64,000 bases of DNA. Source: Phoronis australis. Its lineage: Eukaryota > Animalia > Phoronida. Under the pieces are notes generated by a model. That model searched no databases. It saw only the letters and a program-made list of their open reading frames with translations, and was not told the DNA's origin. The stretch's first letter is position 1; each line of letters begins with the position of its first letter. The position numbers and the translations under genes were made by a program. Shown in pieces: positions 63,081 to 64,000 of this stretch. The DNA lies in contig NMRA01000172.1 in NCBI GenBank assembly GCA_002633005.1, positions 297,205 through 361,204 of the forward strand. The letters run 5' to 3'.

Positions 63081-63810
63081 CAGCAAGAGCGTAGGGAAAT
63101 GTTGAGTTTATTAATTAACCCTGGTAATTAAAATTAAAAATTAAACGGATGAAACAAGATTTAAATAAATGTGTGCAGTTTTAGTGCTGGGTTCAATTTC
63201 AAGTGTCAAATTCGGAACACGGCTCAATCGTAACGGAACTATGGCTGAGTATGGGCTCTCCCGCGATATCCCAAGCGACCGGCAATGGCGCTGAGCACTA
63301 CGACTCCGTTTCCGTCGTCTGCTCCACTGTGAAATGAAGAAAATTTACTTCATTTTTTAAAGAAAATGGAACCTGAGTGACGATGAAAAAACAGAAGCTG
63401 CTGGTAAGATGAGAATTTTAATCGAAGCCTTAGTGAATCACTCAGAAACTCATAATTCGCTCTTTGTCAAACCTTAACTTAAGACGATTTCCAAAGCAAG
63501 CGCGTCATTATTGCCAACACGAAAAGCGGATTTGGTCTTTTGGACATTTTGAAGACTATTTTAAATACAACAAATTTGTTAAGAACCGATTGCAAAAAAT
63601 ATAAAACGTGTAATAAGCATTACAAAAAGATGTAGGTTTCGCGTGCAAACGCTGTGGACCATAAACAAGTAGGTCTCTTAGTATTGCATTAATAGTGAAA
63701 TCAAGGAGTGTAGTAGTATAGGAGAGTTCACTTGTGAGTTCGCTGTTACCACTACTACTAGCGCCGCCAAGTGGTGAACAAGCTACGGTCAACCAGGAAG
63801 CGCCAAAACA

Positions 63811-63908
63811 ATGGGGACGGACGCATTTTGCAGTGCGATAAATTGCATGAATTCATCCACGAAAACCCCAGACGTGTCATTTTGTAGGTTTCCTAAGGAT
63901 CCAGAAAG
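63811..63908 (+). CDS. First coding exon of a THAP zinc-finger domain protein (host gene or P/hAT-type transposase); continues beyond the window
   Basis: MGTDAFCSAINCMNSSTKTPDVSFCRFPKDPER fits the THAP pattern C-x4-C...F.RFP.D..R; Kozak aaaacaATGG; strong phase-2 donor AG|gtaagg. Confidence 0.8.
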
Positions 63909-64000
63909 GTAAGGATTATCTGTTATTCAATAATATGATACATTGTCTTTCATTTTGTGTGTTCTGTTCACGGTTGTTAGACAAGTCGATCGCAGTCCCG

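Overview
Intron-rich animal genomic DNA from an invertebrate (lophotrochozoan-like, inferred). The window holds two tandem, same-strand (+) thioester-containing-protein genes of the Mcr (macroglobulin complement-related, Tep6) / CD109-like type. Paralog A is partial: its last 13 coding exons lie at 1-14030. Paralog B is complete: 33 coding exons at 28002-55477, 4698 nt, 1565 aa, with a signal peptide, MG domains, an LDL-receptor class A module, CUB, TED, MG8, a Cys-rich C-terminal motif and a hydrophobic anchor. I assembled both by hand; all introns are GT-AG and phases are consistent. Main observations: (1) both genes have Mcr architecture yet keep an intact thioester motif (PYACGEQ), with Asp at the apparent catalytic-His position; (2) the last exons share a 113-nt near-identical tract (likely gene conversion) that stops at the anchor, while other exons are synonymously saturated; (3) a 34-bp minisatellite multiplies the last splice donor of paralog A sevenfold and could yield an anchor-less isoform; (4) the paralogs differ by one intron in the TED. 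The rest is MITEs with 5-, 6- and 8-bp target duplications, a LINE fossil, a foldback element, minisatellites, and the first exon of a THAP-domain gene at the right edge. No database searches were run; family assignments come from motif recognition.
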